From: Planctomycetota bacterium
Lineage (GTDB): Bacteria; Planctomycetota; UBA8108; UBA1146
Length of the DNA: 64,000 nucleotides
Assembly (NCBI GenBank): GCA_015664425.1
Contig: DQQH01000258.1
Span: forward strand, 9,359-73,358
Direction of reading: 5' to 3'
Under the pieces are notes generated by a model. That model ran no database searches. It had not been told where the DNA came from and saw nothing but the letters and a program-made list of their open reading frames with translations. Position numbers and translations under genes: made by a program. Positions 36,990-46,408 of this stretch are shown here, in pieces. Within the stretch, counting starts at the first letter, position 1. Each line of letters begins with the position of its first letter.

Positions 36990-38852
36990 ATGGCAAAAGG
37001 GTTTTTCAAAGACAATGAAAAAGTGCTGATGACGCTGCTCTTGCTGTTCATCGCTCCGACCTTTGCGCTCACCGGGCTGACGACCTGGTGGCTCGGCTAC
37101 GCAGGGGGTGACGCCGCCTACGAGATCTTCGGGGAGAGCGTCAGTTACGCCCAGGTTCTCGAGAAGCGCACCGAACTTGCCAACACCCTCTGGCTTCAGG
37201 GAGTGCTGCAGTACGGTTGGTACGGCGCGAGGCAGCCTCGGCGGGCAAGCGATGAGGATGTCCTGCAGGCGTTCATGTTCGAACATGAACTCGAGGAGCT
37301 CGATCTCGAACTGAGTGACGGTGAGTATCAAGAAGCCTTGCGCCAGGCGGCGCTCTCGATGATCGCCTGGCATCAGGTGCTGGAAAATACAGGGGGGTTC
37401 GGGGCATTCCAGGATAACTTCACCCTGTACAACAGCATTCGACCGTCGGTGACATTCAATGGTGATCGATACCTCCGGGCCATCCAGGATCCCGACATGG
37501 GATTGGGACTCAGCATTCAGGAGTTCGAAGCGGGGGTGATCAAGGCCAACCGCACCGCCAAGCTGATCGAATCTGTCACATCCGCTGCAATTGTCACCGA
37601 GAAGGAAATTTACGACGAATTCCTCCTGGGCCAGCAGAAGCGAGTCTTCGAGATCGTCAGTATTGGCGATCAGCAATTTTCAGCGGAGGCGCTCGAACAA
37701 CTGGATCAGGACTACTTCCGGCAGGTTTACGACAACTCACCCGAGGACTACAAATCGCCGACTCGAATCCAGCTCGAGGTTGCCCGTGTGGTGCTGGCAA
37801 ACCTGAGAGATGATGACTACCAGCCGGCTACTGAAGAGATCGAGGCTTTCTACGAGGCGAACAAGGACCCCGCATGGAGAATCAAGCGCCCGGTGAACTA
37901 TGTTCCTCCCGAAAACGCCCAGCCTGAAGACGACTTCCGTCCGATCACCGATGTCTTCGAGGGGATCATCTCCAGGATTCGCCAGGAGAGAGCCAAGGCA
38001 AGGGAGGGCGAGATTCTCGAGGCGGCCCTCGCCGAAGGCCAGGCGAAGAGTGCTGCCGGTGGAAACTTCGAGATGCCAGATCTCTTCGGGGATGCCAAGG
38101 AGTTCGTCGAGGTCCACACTACCGAGCCCTTCGGCAACACCGAGTACTCCAGGATCGAGCCATGGATGCGGAATGCTGCTCACCTGTCGCCCCTCTTCGT
38201 TGACCTTCGCCTCGATCCAGAGTTGTTCAAGCCCGGAACGATGTCCAAGGCGATCGTTCCGGGGACCCAGGGAAGTTACATCTACCGCCTGGTGGAAGTA
38301 TTCCCCGAGTCGACGATGACCTTCGAGGAGGCACTCGACAAGGTGATGGAAAAGGCAGAGAAGGAGAAGGCGAAAGAACTCGCCTCCAAATTCATCAGCG
38401 ACTGGATCACGAGCGCTACAGAGGAGGAGCCCGTCTCTCTGGAGTCATTTGCCTCGGAGCAGAACCTCACTGTCCACACCAGTGATGCTGTCGGTCGGAA
38501 CGAGGCCTGGAGGCTGCGCCTCGATACCAGAGCTCCACTTGCAAACCTGGAAATTCTTAGCGAAGGATTCGCATTGCTCGAGGAAGGGCAGGTCGGCGGC
38601 CCGGTGACCAACGACAGGGATACCAACGTCTACGCCCTCAGCCTCAAGACGATCGAATCTCCGGAAATAATCCTCTTCAACATCTACCGCAATTCGATCG
38701 ACGCGCAGATTCGACGGAACAAGCAGCAGGCCATCCTCGAACAGTACAGGGCAGATCTCAGCCGCAAGGCGGATGTCCGGGTCTACACCAGCCGATCTTC
38801 CGATCCGTCGCCGCTTCCGGAGTTTGGAGCGACGAGTCAGCCGGCGAGTTAG
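36990..38852 (+). CDS. PpiD/SurA-N-like membrane-anchored periplasmic chaperone (no clear rotamase motif seen)
   Basis: N-terminal anchor VLMTLLLLFIAPTFALTGL followed by a long acidic/helical periplasmic region. The call rests on architecture and the FKBP neighbour rather than on a strong motif. Confidence 0.45.
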   Translation: MAKGFFKDNEKVLMTLLLLFIAPTFALTGLTTWWLGYAGGDAAYEIFGESVSYAQVLEKRTELANTLWLQGVLQYGWYGARQPRRASDEDVLQAFMFEHELEELDLELSDGEYQEALRQAALSMIAWHQVLENTGGFGAFQDNFTLYNSIRPSVTFNGDRYLRAIQDPDMGLGLSIQEFEAGVIKANRTAKLIESVTSAAIVTEKEIYDEFLLGQQKRVFEIVSIGDQQFSAEALEQLDQDYFRQVYDNSPEDYKSPTRIQLEVARVVLANLRDDDYQPATEEIEAFYEANKDPAWRIKRPVNYVPPENAQPEDDFRPITDVFEGIISRIRQERAKAREGEILEAALAEGQAKSAAGGNFEMPDLFGDAKEFVEVHTTEPFGNTEYSRIEPWMRNAAHLSPLFVDLRLDPELFKPGTMSKAIVPGTQGSYIYRLVEVFPESTMTFEEALDKVMEKAEKEKAKELASKFISDWITSATEEEPVSLESFASEQNLTVHTSDAVGRNEAWRLRLDTRAPLANLEILSEGFALLEEGQVGGPVTNDRDTNVYALSLKTIESPEIILFNIYRNSIDAQIRRNKQQAILEQYRADLSRKADVRVYTSRSSDPSPLPEFGATSQPAS

Positions 38853-38879
38853 AGACGGCTCGGGATCAGAGGTTGAAAT

Positions 38880-38916
38880 CAGCGGGGCCGGGGTCGATCA
38901 GACCCCGGCCCCGCTG
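38880..38916. terminator. Bidirectional terminator hairpin between convergent genes
   Basis: Perfect 16-bp stem CAGCGGGGCCGGGGTC-GATCA-GACCCCGGCCCCGCTG. It is flanked by GAAAT on the left and TGAATTT on the right. Confidence 0.65.
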
Positions 38917-38941
38917 TGAATTTGGCTGCCAGGGAGAGTGA

Positions 38942-39385
38942 TCACCCCTCGCTCGGAGTCCGATCGATTTTTTCTACTCGTCGACGGTGGCGGCCGCCCT
39001 CGAACTCGGTATCGAGGAAAACTCCCAGCAATTCGATCGCTTTTTCGGTGCCGATCACTCTCTCTCCGAAGCAGGCGAGGTTGGCGTCGTTGTGGGCACG
39101 GGCCATCTTGCAGGTGAACTCGTCGGTGACAACCGCAGCCCTGATGCCGAGGTGACGATTGGCGGCCATCGCCATCCCCTGGCCGGTCCCACAGATCAGC
39201 ACTCCAACACTTGCCGCACCTGAAGCCACGTCGGCGGCTACTCGGTGGGAGATATCGGGATAGTCTACAGATTCCGCATCTGCCGGGCCGTGTTCCTCGA
39301 CCTCGAATCCCCGTTCGCGAAGCAGCGACGCGGCAGCGGCCCGTGTCTCGACTCCGGCATGGTCCGATCCGATAGTTGCCCTCAT
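38942..39385 (-). CDS. rpiB: Ribose-5-phosphate isomerase B
   Basis: IGSDHAG...YPDISHRVA...GVLICGTGQGMAMAANR...NDANLACFGERV. The ATG at 39385 forms an ATGA overlap with the upstream gene's stop. Confidence 0.85.
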   Translation of the reverse strand: MRATIGSDHAGVETRAAAASLLRERGFEVEEHGPADAESVDYPDISHRVAADVASGAASVGVLICGTGQGMAMAANRHLGIRAAVVTDEFTCKMARAHNDANLACFGERVIGTEKAIELLGVFLDTEFEGGRHRRRVEKIDRTPSEG

Positions 39386-40452
39386 CGGTTCAAGATCCTT
39401 TCCAGCCATTGCTCGACGACTGCGCTCTCGATTTCATCAGCACAGCGACGATACGTATCCATGTCCCCTCCTATGGGATCGCTGATCCCGGTATCATTGA
39501 TCAGGAAGACTCTGCCCTCCAGGGTTCCGTTCCATTCCAGGATCTGCGAACGATGGCTCTCACTCATGGCGATGATCAGATCAGAAATCCCGGATACCTC
39601 CTGGCTGATCGGATTTGACTGGTGTTCCGCCAGTGATCCGCCGAGTTCCTCGATCGTCAGCCTTGCGTTTTCGCTGGCGAATCCACCACAGAAGGCAGCA
39701 ATTCCGGCGGAGCGAACGACGTAGCCGCGCTCGGGGAGTTCGTCGACTTCACACTGAAGTCGCTGGGCGAGATGCCGTTTCAACAGCGCCTCTGCCATCG
39801 GGCTGCGACAGGAGTTCCCTGTGCAGACGAAAAGAATCTGTTTTTTTCCGAGGGCAATCGAGATCATCTCCTCGCTGATCGATCCTTCCCGTAGAATTTC
39901 CAGGTTGTCGCCCTCACCGAGTCTGACGATCGTCGATGCCTGCCCCCCGACCGCCATTCCGCTATCGATGACCCCATCGATCCTGTCCTGAAAAGAGGAG
40001 AGAACTTCACCGGCGTCGATGGCCGGTGCTTCGCCACTGATGTTGGCGCTCGAAGCGAAGACGGGAGCCCCACTCCTGGCGATCAATTCCCTGGCGACCG
40101 GATGGGAAGGGAATCGGACTCCCGTTGGAGCACCGTCTCCGGGAAAGATGATCGTCAATGGTCCGGGCCAGAATGATGAGATCAATTTCTGGGCGGAGGG
40201 TGGCACCTCGGTCACCCACTCCTGGAACTGGGCCAGCGAAGCGACGTGCAGGGTGAATGGTTTTCCCTCGGGCCTGCCCTTCAATTCCCCGAGGCGGGCG
40301 ATCGCCTCCGGTTTGCTGACGCTGGCTGCGATCCCGTAGACGGTTTCTGTGGGGAACGCGACCAGCCCTCCTTCGGCGATCATCTGGGCCGCATCGGCGA
40401 CCTCTTCAGGTTGAAAGGAGCCAGCGTCGATGGGGAAGACGCGAGTCTTCAA
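39382..40452 (-). CDS. Fusion of a Sua5/YrdC/YwlC-family threonylcarbamoyl-AMP synthase domain and a low-molecular-weight phosphatase (YwlE-like) domain
   Basis: The N-terminal half has GGLVAFPTETVYGIAA...FWPGPLTII...SSANISGE. The C-terminal half has the CX5R P-loop ILFVCTGNSCRSPMAEAL and ...DPIGGD. Confidence 0.8.
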   Translation of the reverse strand: MKTRVFPIDAGSFQPEEVADAAQMIAEGGLVAFPTETVYGIAASVSKPEAIARLGELKGRPEGKPFTLHVASLAQFQEWVTEVPPSAQKLISSFWPGPLTIIFPGDGAPTGVRFPSHPVARELIARSGAPVFASSANISGEAPAIDAGEVLSSFQDRIDGVIDSGMAVGGQASTIVRLGEGDNLEILREGSISEEMISIALGKKQILFVCTGNSCRSPMAEALLKRHLAQRLQCEVDELPERGYVVRSAGIAAFCGGFASENARLTIEELGGSLAEHQSNPISQEVSGISDLIIAMSESHRSQILEWNGTLEGRVFLINDTGISDPIGGDMDTYRRCADEIESAVVEQWLERILNR

Positions 40453-40607
40453 GGTTCCTCCTGAAACTGTCTTTCAGATGATGCTGTCGAAGCGGGACGA
40501 CCCCGGTTGAGGAGGGATCACTTCACGCGAGGTTGCGATAGTTTTCCCTTCCACGGCGGTCATGATGCCTCCCTCTTCTGGACGGGTCAAACCGTGGATC
40601 GGGCCTG

Positions 40608-41513
40608 TCAAACGGAGGCATGGTAGGAGGATCGAACCAGAGGTCCTGATTCCACCTTTTCGAAGCCCAGTTCCCTGGCAAATGCCCCGAGAGCATCGAA
40701 TTCCCGGGGAGGGTAGTACTTCTTCACCGGGATGTGCTTCTCGCTGGGAGCGAGGTACTGGCCGAGGTTCAGCCTTCTGACCCCGATGCGGTACAGATCC
40801 GCGATCGCCACCTCGAGTTCCTCCTTCCTCTCACCGAGCCCGAGGATGAGGCTACTCTTGACCCGTGATCCGCCAATTTGGACCACAGCTCCTTCCAGCA
40901 GGGAGAGGGAGAGGTCGTAGTCGGAGCCGGGTCTGGCGGCAGGGTAGAGGCGTCTGACTGTTTCCAGATTGTGGGAGAAGATGGTTGGATCGGCGGCGAG
41001 GACAATCCCGAGGGCAGTGTCGGGGTCTGGCCTGAAGTCGGGAACAAGGACTTCAGTGGTGGTCTCAGGAACCAAGGATCGCAGAGCCTCGATACAGCGG
41101 GAGAATTGCCGGGCACCTCCATCGCTGAGGTCATCTCTGTCGACCGAAGTGATCACGACATGCTGCAATCCCAGTTCGGAAACCGTGCTGGCGAGTTGCT
41201 GTGGCTCATCGGGGTCAACGGGGGTCGGGATCCCCTTGCTGACGGCGCAGAAGCCACACTTCCGGGTGCAGATTTCACCGAGAATCAGAAAGGTGGCGGT
41301 CCCCATCGCCCAGCATTCGTGGATGTTGGGGCAATGGGCCTCCTGGCACACGGTGTGCAGTCCACCGCGGTCCATCAACTGGGTGACCTTTTGCAGCGCG
41401 TCCCCGGAGGGAACCCTGATGCGCAGCCACTGGGGTCTGGGGAGTGGCTCCTTACCCCTGGTCCCTCCTCGTGCTCCGCCGTTGACGGGCTGTTTCTGTG
41501 CTTTGATGGTCAT
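40608..41513 (-). CDS. lipA: Lipoyl synthase
   Basis: LHTVCQEAHCPNIHECW and the radical SAM CTRKCGFCAV motif. The ATG at 41513 directly follows the lipB stop; the ORF-track start is at 41573. Confidence 0.9.
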   Translation of the reverse strand: MTIKAQKQPVNGGARGGTRGKEPLPRPQWLRIRVPSGDALQKVTQLMDRGGLHTVCQEAHCPNIHECWAMGTATFLILGEICTRKCGFCAVSKGIPTPVDPDEPQQLASTVSELGLQHVVITSVDRDDLSDGGARQFSRCIEALRSLVPETTTEVLVPDFRPDPDTALGIVLAADPTIFSHNLETVRRLYPAARPGSDYDLSLSLLEGAVVQIGGSRVKSSLILGLGERKEELEVAIADLYRIGVRRLNLGQYLAPSEKHIPVKKYYPPREFDALGAFARELGFEKVESGPLVRSSYHASV

Positions 41514-42232
41514 CGTTTCAACTCTCTGGAGAATCGCCTCGCCAACTCCCGAGCGATCTCCTCCTCGATCCACTCGCGGTCAGGGACCTCCGCCAGTTCC
41601 CTTTCGATGGAGGTCACCGGGCATCCCCGGATTCCGCACGGGATGATCCACTCAAAGGGGGTCAGGTCACCCTCGACGATGAGTGCAAAACCATGGCCGC
41701 TGACCCAGCGTCTGACCGAGATTCCGATCGATGCGATCTTCCGATCTTCCACCCAGACTCCGGTGCGCCCCTTTTCCCGGTGTCCGTCGATGCCGAGCTG
41801 GGAGAGGACCTCGATCAGACTCTCCTCTATCGCCCTGGGGAGCAGGTGGAGGTCTCTCTCCTCCTCGCCGAGGCGAAGGAGCAGGTAGCCGACCACTTGC
41901 CCAGGACCGTGATAGGTGGCCTCTCCGCCGCGGTCGACCTTACGGACAGAAACATCTCGCTTCTCCAGTTCCCGGCGGGAAAGGAGCAGCGCTGCCTCCT
42001 GGCTGGCACTGCCAAGAGTGACCGTTTTATCGGGTTCGAAGAGGATCAGATGTTCGAGGGATTCTGTCGGTTCCGAGGCGAGCCGCTTCTGCAGATCGAG
42101 CATTCTCCGGTGGGCGTTACCGAAGGACGTCCGGCCGAGACGTTCGAGGAGCAACACACCCTCACAGGTGCCGGGGCCCTCTACCTCGGGCAGTGGTGCG
42201 GCTTTCTCGAGCCTAGGAAAGGGTGGTGTCAT
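41510..42232 (-). CDS. lipB: Octanoyltransferase LipB
   Basis: LFEPDKTVTLG...VDRGGEATYHGPGQVVGY...KIASIGISVRRWVSGHGFALIV...PCGI. Confidence 0.85.
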   Translation of the reverse strand: MTPPFPRLEKAAPLPEVEGPGTCEGVLLLERLGRTSFGNAHRRMLDLQKRLASEPTESLEHLILFEPDKTVTLGSASQEAALLLSRRELEKRDVSVRKVDRGGEATYHGPGQVVGYLLLRLGEEERDLHLLPRAIEESLIEVLSQLGIDGHREKGRTGVWVEDRKIASIGISVRRWVSGHGFALIVEGDLTPFEWIIPCGIRGCPVTSIERELAEVPDREWIEEEIARELARRFSRELKR

Positions 42233-43505
42233 CCCACTTCTCGAGGTTTAGTTTCACCTGGGCCATGAACTGATCGGCGAGAGCTCCATCGACGAGTCGA
42301 TGGTCGTAAGAGAGGCACATGTAGACCATGTCGCGAATGGCGATGGAATCGCCATTGACGACCACCGGTCGTTTCTCTATTCCGCCGATTCCAAGGATTG
42401 CCACCTGAGGCTGATTGATGATGGGAATTCCGAAGAGGCCTCCGAACTGTCCCGGGTTTGTGATGGTGAAGGTGCCACCGGCAACCTCGTCGGGAAGCAA
42501 GCCCTTGCTCCGGGAGCGATTGGCGAGATCAGTGACCGATTTCTGTAGGCCGAGAAGGTTCTTTTCCTCGGCGTTTCTCACCACAGGGACGATCAGACCA
42601 TTTTCAAGGGCAACTGCGATTCCGATGTTTACGGACCGATGGAGGATGATCTGGTCGCCGTCGAGTGAGGCGTTGACGTAGGGGAATTTGCGCAGGGCAT
42701 CGACGCAAGCCTTGATGAAGAAAGGCATGAAGGTGAGTTTCAGCCCGTTCTGTTCCTCGAAGTCCTTCTTATTGCTCTCGCGAATTTCAACAATCCGCGA
42801 CATGTCAACCTCGAAGACCGAGTTGACATGAGCCGATGTATTCCGCGAGTGGATCATGTGTTCGGCGATCTTCTTGCGCATCACCGACATCTGCTCGACG
42901 TCGACTCCCTCCCGAGAGATCCCAATGGTCGGGAGAGCATCGACAGCTCCGCTGGCGGGACTCGGGACAGCGGGAGGGCCGCTCTTGCCCTCGATGTAGG
43001 CGACGATGTCTCTCTTGGTGACGCGACCTCCTGCCCCGCTACCGGCGATCACAGAGAGGTCGGTGATCCCGTTTTCGCGGGCGATTCTGCGGACGAGGGG
43101 GGAAGACCGGACCTTGCTGGCGTCCTCTACGGGAGGGGCGGCGGCGACGATCGGCTCTGGCGAGGCAGGTGTCGGCGCAGGATCGGAGGGGGCACTTGAA
43201 GGAGCGGCGGGGGCTTCTGGCTCCTCTGTTTCCTTCGCCTTCTTTTCTGGGGGAGGAGCGGCGTCCTGGGAGCTGGCGAGGAGAGCGACGACGGTGTTCA
43301 CCTCGACGGTCATCCCTTCTTCGATGAGGATCTCCTGAAGCACACCGTCAGCAGGTGCAGGGATCTCGGCGTCGACCTTGTCGGTAGAGATTTCGAAGAG
43401 GGGCTCGTCTCGCTCGACAGTATCCCCCGGTTTCTTGAACCAGCGAGTCAGGGTGCCTTCTGCAATTGACTCGCCCATCTGAGGCATCTTGACCTCGGTC
43501 GGCAT
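42213..43505 (-). CDS. Dihydrolipoamide acyltransferase (E2) of a 2-oxoacid dehydrogenase complex
   Basis: Lipoyl domain (VKMPQMGESIAEGTLTRWFKKPGD...EISTDKVDAEIPAP), Ala/Pro linker, E3-binding domain (SPLVRRIARENGIDL-like), and catalytic DHRLVDGA. Confidence 0.9.
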   Translation of the reverse strand: MPTEVKMPQMGESIAEGTLTRWFKKPGDTVERDEPLFEISTDKVDAEIPAPADGVLQEILIEEGMTVEVNTVVALLASSQDAAPPPEKKAKETEEPEAPAAPSSAPSDPAPTPASPEPIVAAAPPVEDASKVRSSPLVRRIARENGITDLSVIAGSGAGGRVTKRDIVAYIEGKSGPPAVPSPASGAVDALPTIGISREGVDVEQMSVMRKKIAEHMIHSRNTSAHVNSVFEVDMSRIVEIRESNKKDFEEQNGLKLTFMPFFIKACVDALRKFPYVNASLDGDQIILHRSVNIGIAVALENGLIVPVVRNAEEKNLLGLQKSVTDLANRSRSKGLLPDEVAGGTFTITNPGQFGGLFGIPIINQPQVAILGIGGIEKRPVVVNGDSIAIRDMVYMCLSYDHRLVDGALADQFMAQVKLNLEKWDDTTLS

Positions 43506-43620
43506 CGTTCCTGCTCCTTCAGCGATCTATTCAAAGGGGGCTCTCGACAGGACTTGCCCTCCAGAGCGACATCGAGTCTACCCCAGCGTTGATGAGGGGG
43601 GAAGCAAACCTGCAATGGCC

Positions 43621-44604
43621 CTACCAGGCGGCCAGTTGGTGCGCTGCTTCGGTGATGTCCTGGACCTGGGGAAGTGCGGCATTCTCCAGGATCCCCGAGT
43701 ATGGAATGGGAACATCAAGTGCTGCAAGGCGCCGGACTGGCGCGTCGAGGTCCTCGAAACCGTGCTCGGCGATGAAGGCGGCGATCTCGCCGCCGGCTCC
43801 ACCCGTCAGGTTGTCCTCGTGGATGACCAGGATCTTGCCGGTCTTTCTTGTGGTTTCGAGGATGGCACTGCGGTCGAGTGGATTGAGTGACCGCAAGTCG
43901 AGCACATCGCATTCGACACCTTCTCCGGAGAGGACTTCCGCCGCTTCGAGGACTCGATGGACCATCGCACCGTAGCTGATCATCGAGACGTTCTGACCTT
44001 CACGTCGCAACGCTGCAATACCCGGTGGAAGGGAAGAGACACTCTCGTCGAGCGGGGCTTTGAGGGTGCGGTAGAGGCTCTTCTGTTCGAAAAAGAGAAC
44101 GGGGTCGGGATCCTCGATGGCTCCGAGGATCATCCGGTAGACATCTTCCACGGTCGCCGGGATGACGATCTTGAGGCCGGGTGTGTTGAGGAAGTGTGAT
44201 TCGACGTTCTGGGAGTGGAAGGGGCCTGCATGGACGCCTCCGCCCGATGGCCCTCGAACCACGATCGGCACCCCGGCACCCCAGCGGAAGTGGCAGGTTG
44301 CAGCGAAGTTGGTCAACTGATTGAAAGCACAGGAGATGAAGTCGATGAACTGAATCTCGACGACAGGGCGCATCCCGGCCATCGCCGCGCCGATTGCGGC
44401 GCCGATGAGACCGGTTTCGACGATGGGGGTGTCGATGATCCGCTCCTCGCCGAACTCCCCGGCGAATCCCTCGGTCAGTTTGAAGGCGCCGCCGTAACGG
44501 CCGATGTCCTGTCCGAGGAGGAAAACTCGCTCATTTTCGCCCAGGGCCCGGGAAAGACCCCTGCGCAGAGCTTCCAGATAGGTGATCGTCTCGGCCATGT
44601 GCAA
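43621..44604 (-). CDS. 2-oxoacid dehydrogenase E1 component, beta subunit (stand-alone)
   Basis: ITYLEALRRGL...FLLGQDIGRYGGAFKLTEGF...RIIDTPIVETGLIGAAIGAAMAGMRPVVEIQFIDF. Confidence 0.85.
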   Translation of the reverse strand: MHMAETITYLEALRRGLSRALGENERVFLLGQDIGRYGGAFKLTEGFAGEFGEERIIDTPIVETGLIGAAIGAAMAGMRPVVEIQFIDFISCAFNQLTNFAATCHFRWGAGVPIVVRGPSGGGVHAGPFHSQNVESHFLNTPGLKIVIPATVEDVYRMILGAIEDPDPVLFFEQKSLYRTLKAPLDESVSSLPPGIAALRREGQNVSMISYGAMVHRVLEAAEVLSGEGVECDVLDLRSLNPLDRSAILETTRKTGKILVIHEDNLTGGAGGEIAAFIAEHGFEDLDAPVRRLAALDVPIPYSGILENAALPQVQDITEAAHQLAAW

Positions 44605-44613
44605 CTCCTCCAG

Positions 44614-46089
44614 TCACATGTGGATGGGGCTGCCGACCAGACCGTGGGCTGCTTCCATCATTCCCTCTCCCAGGCTCGGGTGGGGGTGGATGATGTGGGC
44701 GAGGTCAGCAGCGGTTCCCTCGAGACCGAGGATGGCACAGCCCTCGCTGATTAGGTCTGTCGCGTGGGGACCGATGATATGGACGCCGAGGATCTCACCG
44801 TACTTCTCGTCGGCGATGATCTTGAAGAACCCGGGGACCGCCTTGCCGATGATGCCAGATTTCCCGAGAGCCGAGAGAGGGAACTTCGAGACCTTCACAT
44901 CGAGCCCCTCCTCCTTCGCGGCCTCTTCGGTGAGGCCAACGGAGGCGACCTCTGGATGGCAATAGGTCGCATTGGGGACCCTGTCGTTGCGGATCGGTTG
45001 GGGCGTCATGCCGGCTACCGCTTCGACGGCGATGATCCCCTCGGCACTGGCCACGTGAGCCAGCTGGGGGCTGCTTGCGACGATGTCCCCGATGGCGAAG
45101 ACGTTGGGTCTGACGGTGCTCTGGTCGGGATTGACGGCCACGAATCCATTTTCTGTGTGGATCCCGACCTTCTCGAGGCCGAGCCCATCGGTGACCGGTT
45201 TGCGGCCGACGGCACAGAGAAGAATGTCGGTCTGGACCTTTTCAGCCGCTCCTTTCTCGGTGGCGAGGAGGACCTCGATGCCATCCTTGCCAGGTTCGGC
45301 TTTCTCCAACTTGGTCGAGATGCGCGACTCGATGCCGCGTTTCTTGAATGAACGGAACAGTTCGGCGGAGCAATCCCCATCTTCGACGGGAAGGAGGCGG
45401 TCGAGGAGTTCGACGAGAAGAACTTCCGATCCGAAGGAGCGAAAGATCGACGCGAACTCGCAGCCGACTGCTCCAGCTCCCAGGATGGTTACATGACGGG
45501 GGATCTCGTCGAGGCGCAGTGCCTCATCGCTGGTGATGATTCGAGAATCCTTGAAATCGAGGAACCCTGGCCTGGCGGGAACGGAACCGGTCGCCAGAAC
45601 GATGTTGTCAGCGTCGACCACCACCTCGGTCTCTTCGGGAGTGATCACCCGCACCTGTGTCGGTCCATCGAGCCGGCCGGTCCCCTCGACCATCTCGACC
45701 TTGTTCTTCTTGAGGAGGAGCTGGACTCCCTTTGCGTTCCTGTCGACCACCTTCTTCTGGAAACTGAGCACGCCGTCGAGGTCGACCTGGGGATTCTCGA
45801 TCTGGATCCCGAAATAGGAACTCTCCCTGGCGAGATCGATCACGTGAGCGCTCTGAAGCAGCGCCTTTGTCGGGATGCAGCCCCGGTGCAAGCAGGTGCC
45901 CCCTGGCGCCGGGTCCTTCTCGATGAGTACCGTCTTCAACCCGAGTTGGGAGGCGCGGATCGCCGCGACATAGCCCCCGGGTCCACCACCGATTATTGCG
46001 ACATCGAATTTGCCGATCTTCTCTACCACTGAGGGGTCCTTCCCTGTCCAGGCCTTCAACTGGGAACTGGCCCGAGGGTCCGGGTGCAA
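44614..46089 (-). CDS. lpdA: Dihydrolipoyl dehydrogenase (E3); the true start may be the GTG at 46029
   Basis: [16 protein letters not shown], the redox disulfide [13 protein letters not shown], and a C-terminal HPHPSLGE. Confidence 0.9.
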   Translation of the reverse strand: MHPDPRASSQLKAWTGKDPSVVEKIGKFDVAIIGGGPGGYVAAIRASQLGLKTVLIEKDPAPGGTCLHRGCIPTKALLQSAHVIDLARESSYFGIQIENPQVDLDGVLSFQKKVVDRNAKGVQLLLKKNKVEMVEGTGRLDGPTQVRVITPEETEVVVDADNIVLATGSVPARPGFLDFKDSRIITSDEALRLDEIPRHVTILGAGAVGCEFASIFRSFGSEVLLVELLDRLLPVEDGDCSAELFRSFKKRGIESRISTKLEKAEPGKDGIEVLLATEKGAAEKVQTDILLCAVGRKPVTDGLGLEKVGIHTENGFVAVNPDQSTVRPNVFAIGDIVASSPQLAHVASAEGIIAVEAVAGMTPQPIRNDRVPNATYCHPEVASVGLTEEAAKEEGLDVKVSKFPLSALGKSGIIGKAVPGFFKIIADEKYGEILGVHIIGPHATDLISEGCAILGLEGTAADLAHIIHPHPSLGEGMMEAAHGLVGSPIHM

Positions 46090-46408
46090 GGGGACGAAGC
46101 ACGGAAACCGCCGCGCGAAGCGGCGCCCGGGTCAGGCTTCTGCGGAGGAAAGGAGGGCCCCCTCGCGACGCTTCTCCGCTGCGGACGATACCCCGCCCAT
46201 GGCGCCAAATCCAGCGAAGCAGGGCCCTACCCGGCTACAGAAGTTGCGCACTCCCTCGGCCCTCCATTACAATGCCCCTCCGCAGCGACGCCCCTCCCTC
46301 GAGGGAAGCGTCGCGGTCTCGGTGCGGATCAGGAGGAACCGCCCCAGTGGCCCAGACGCACGCACTTCGAGACCTCACCCGACGACCAAACCATGGCAGG
46401 ATTCCGAG

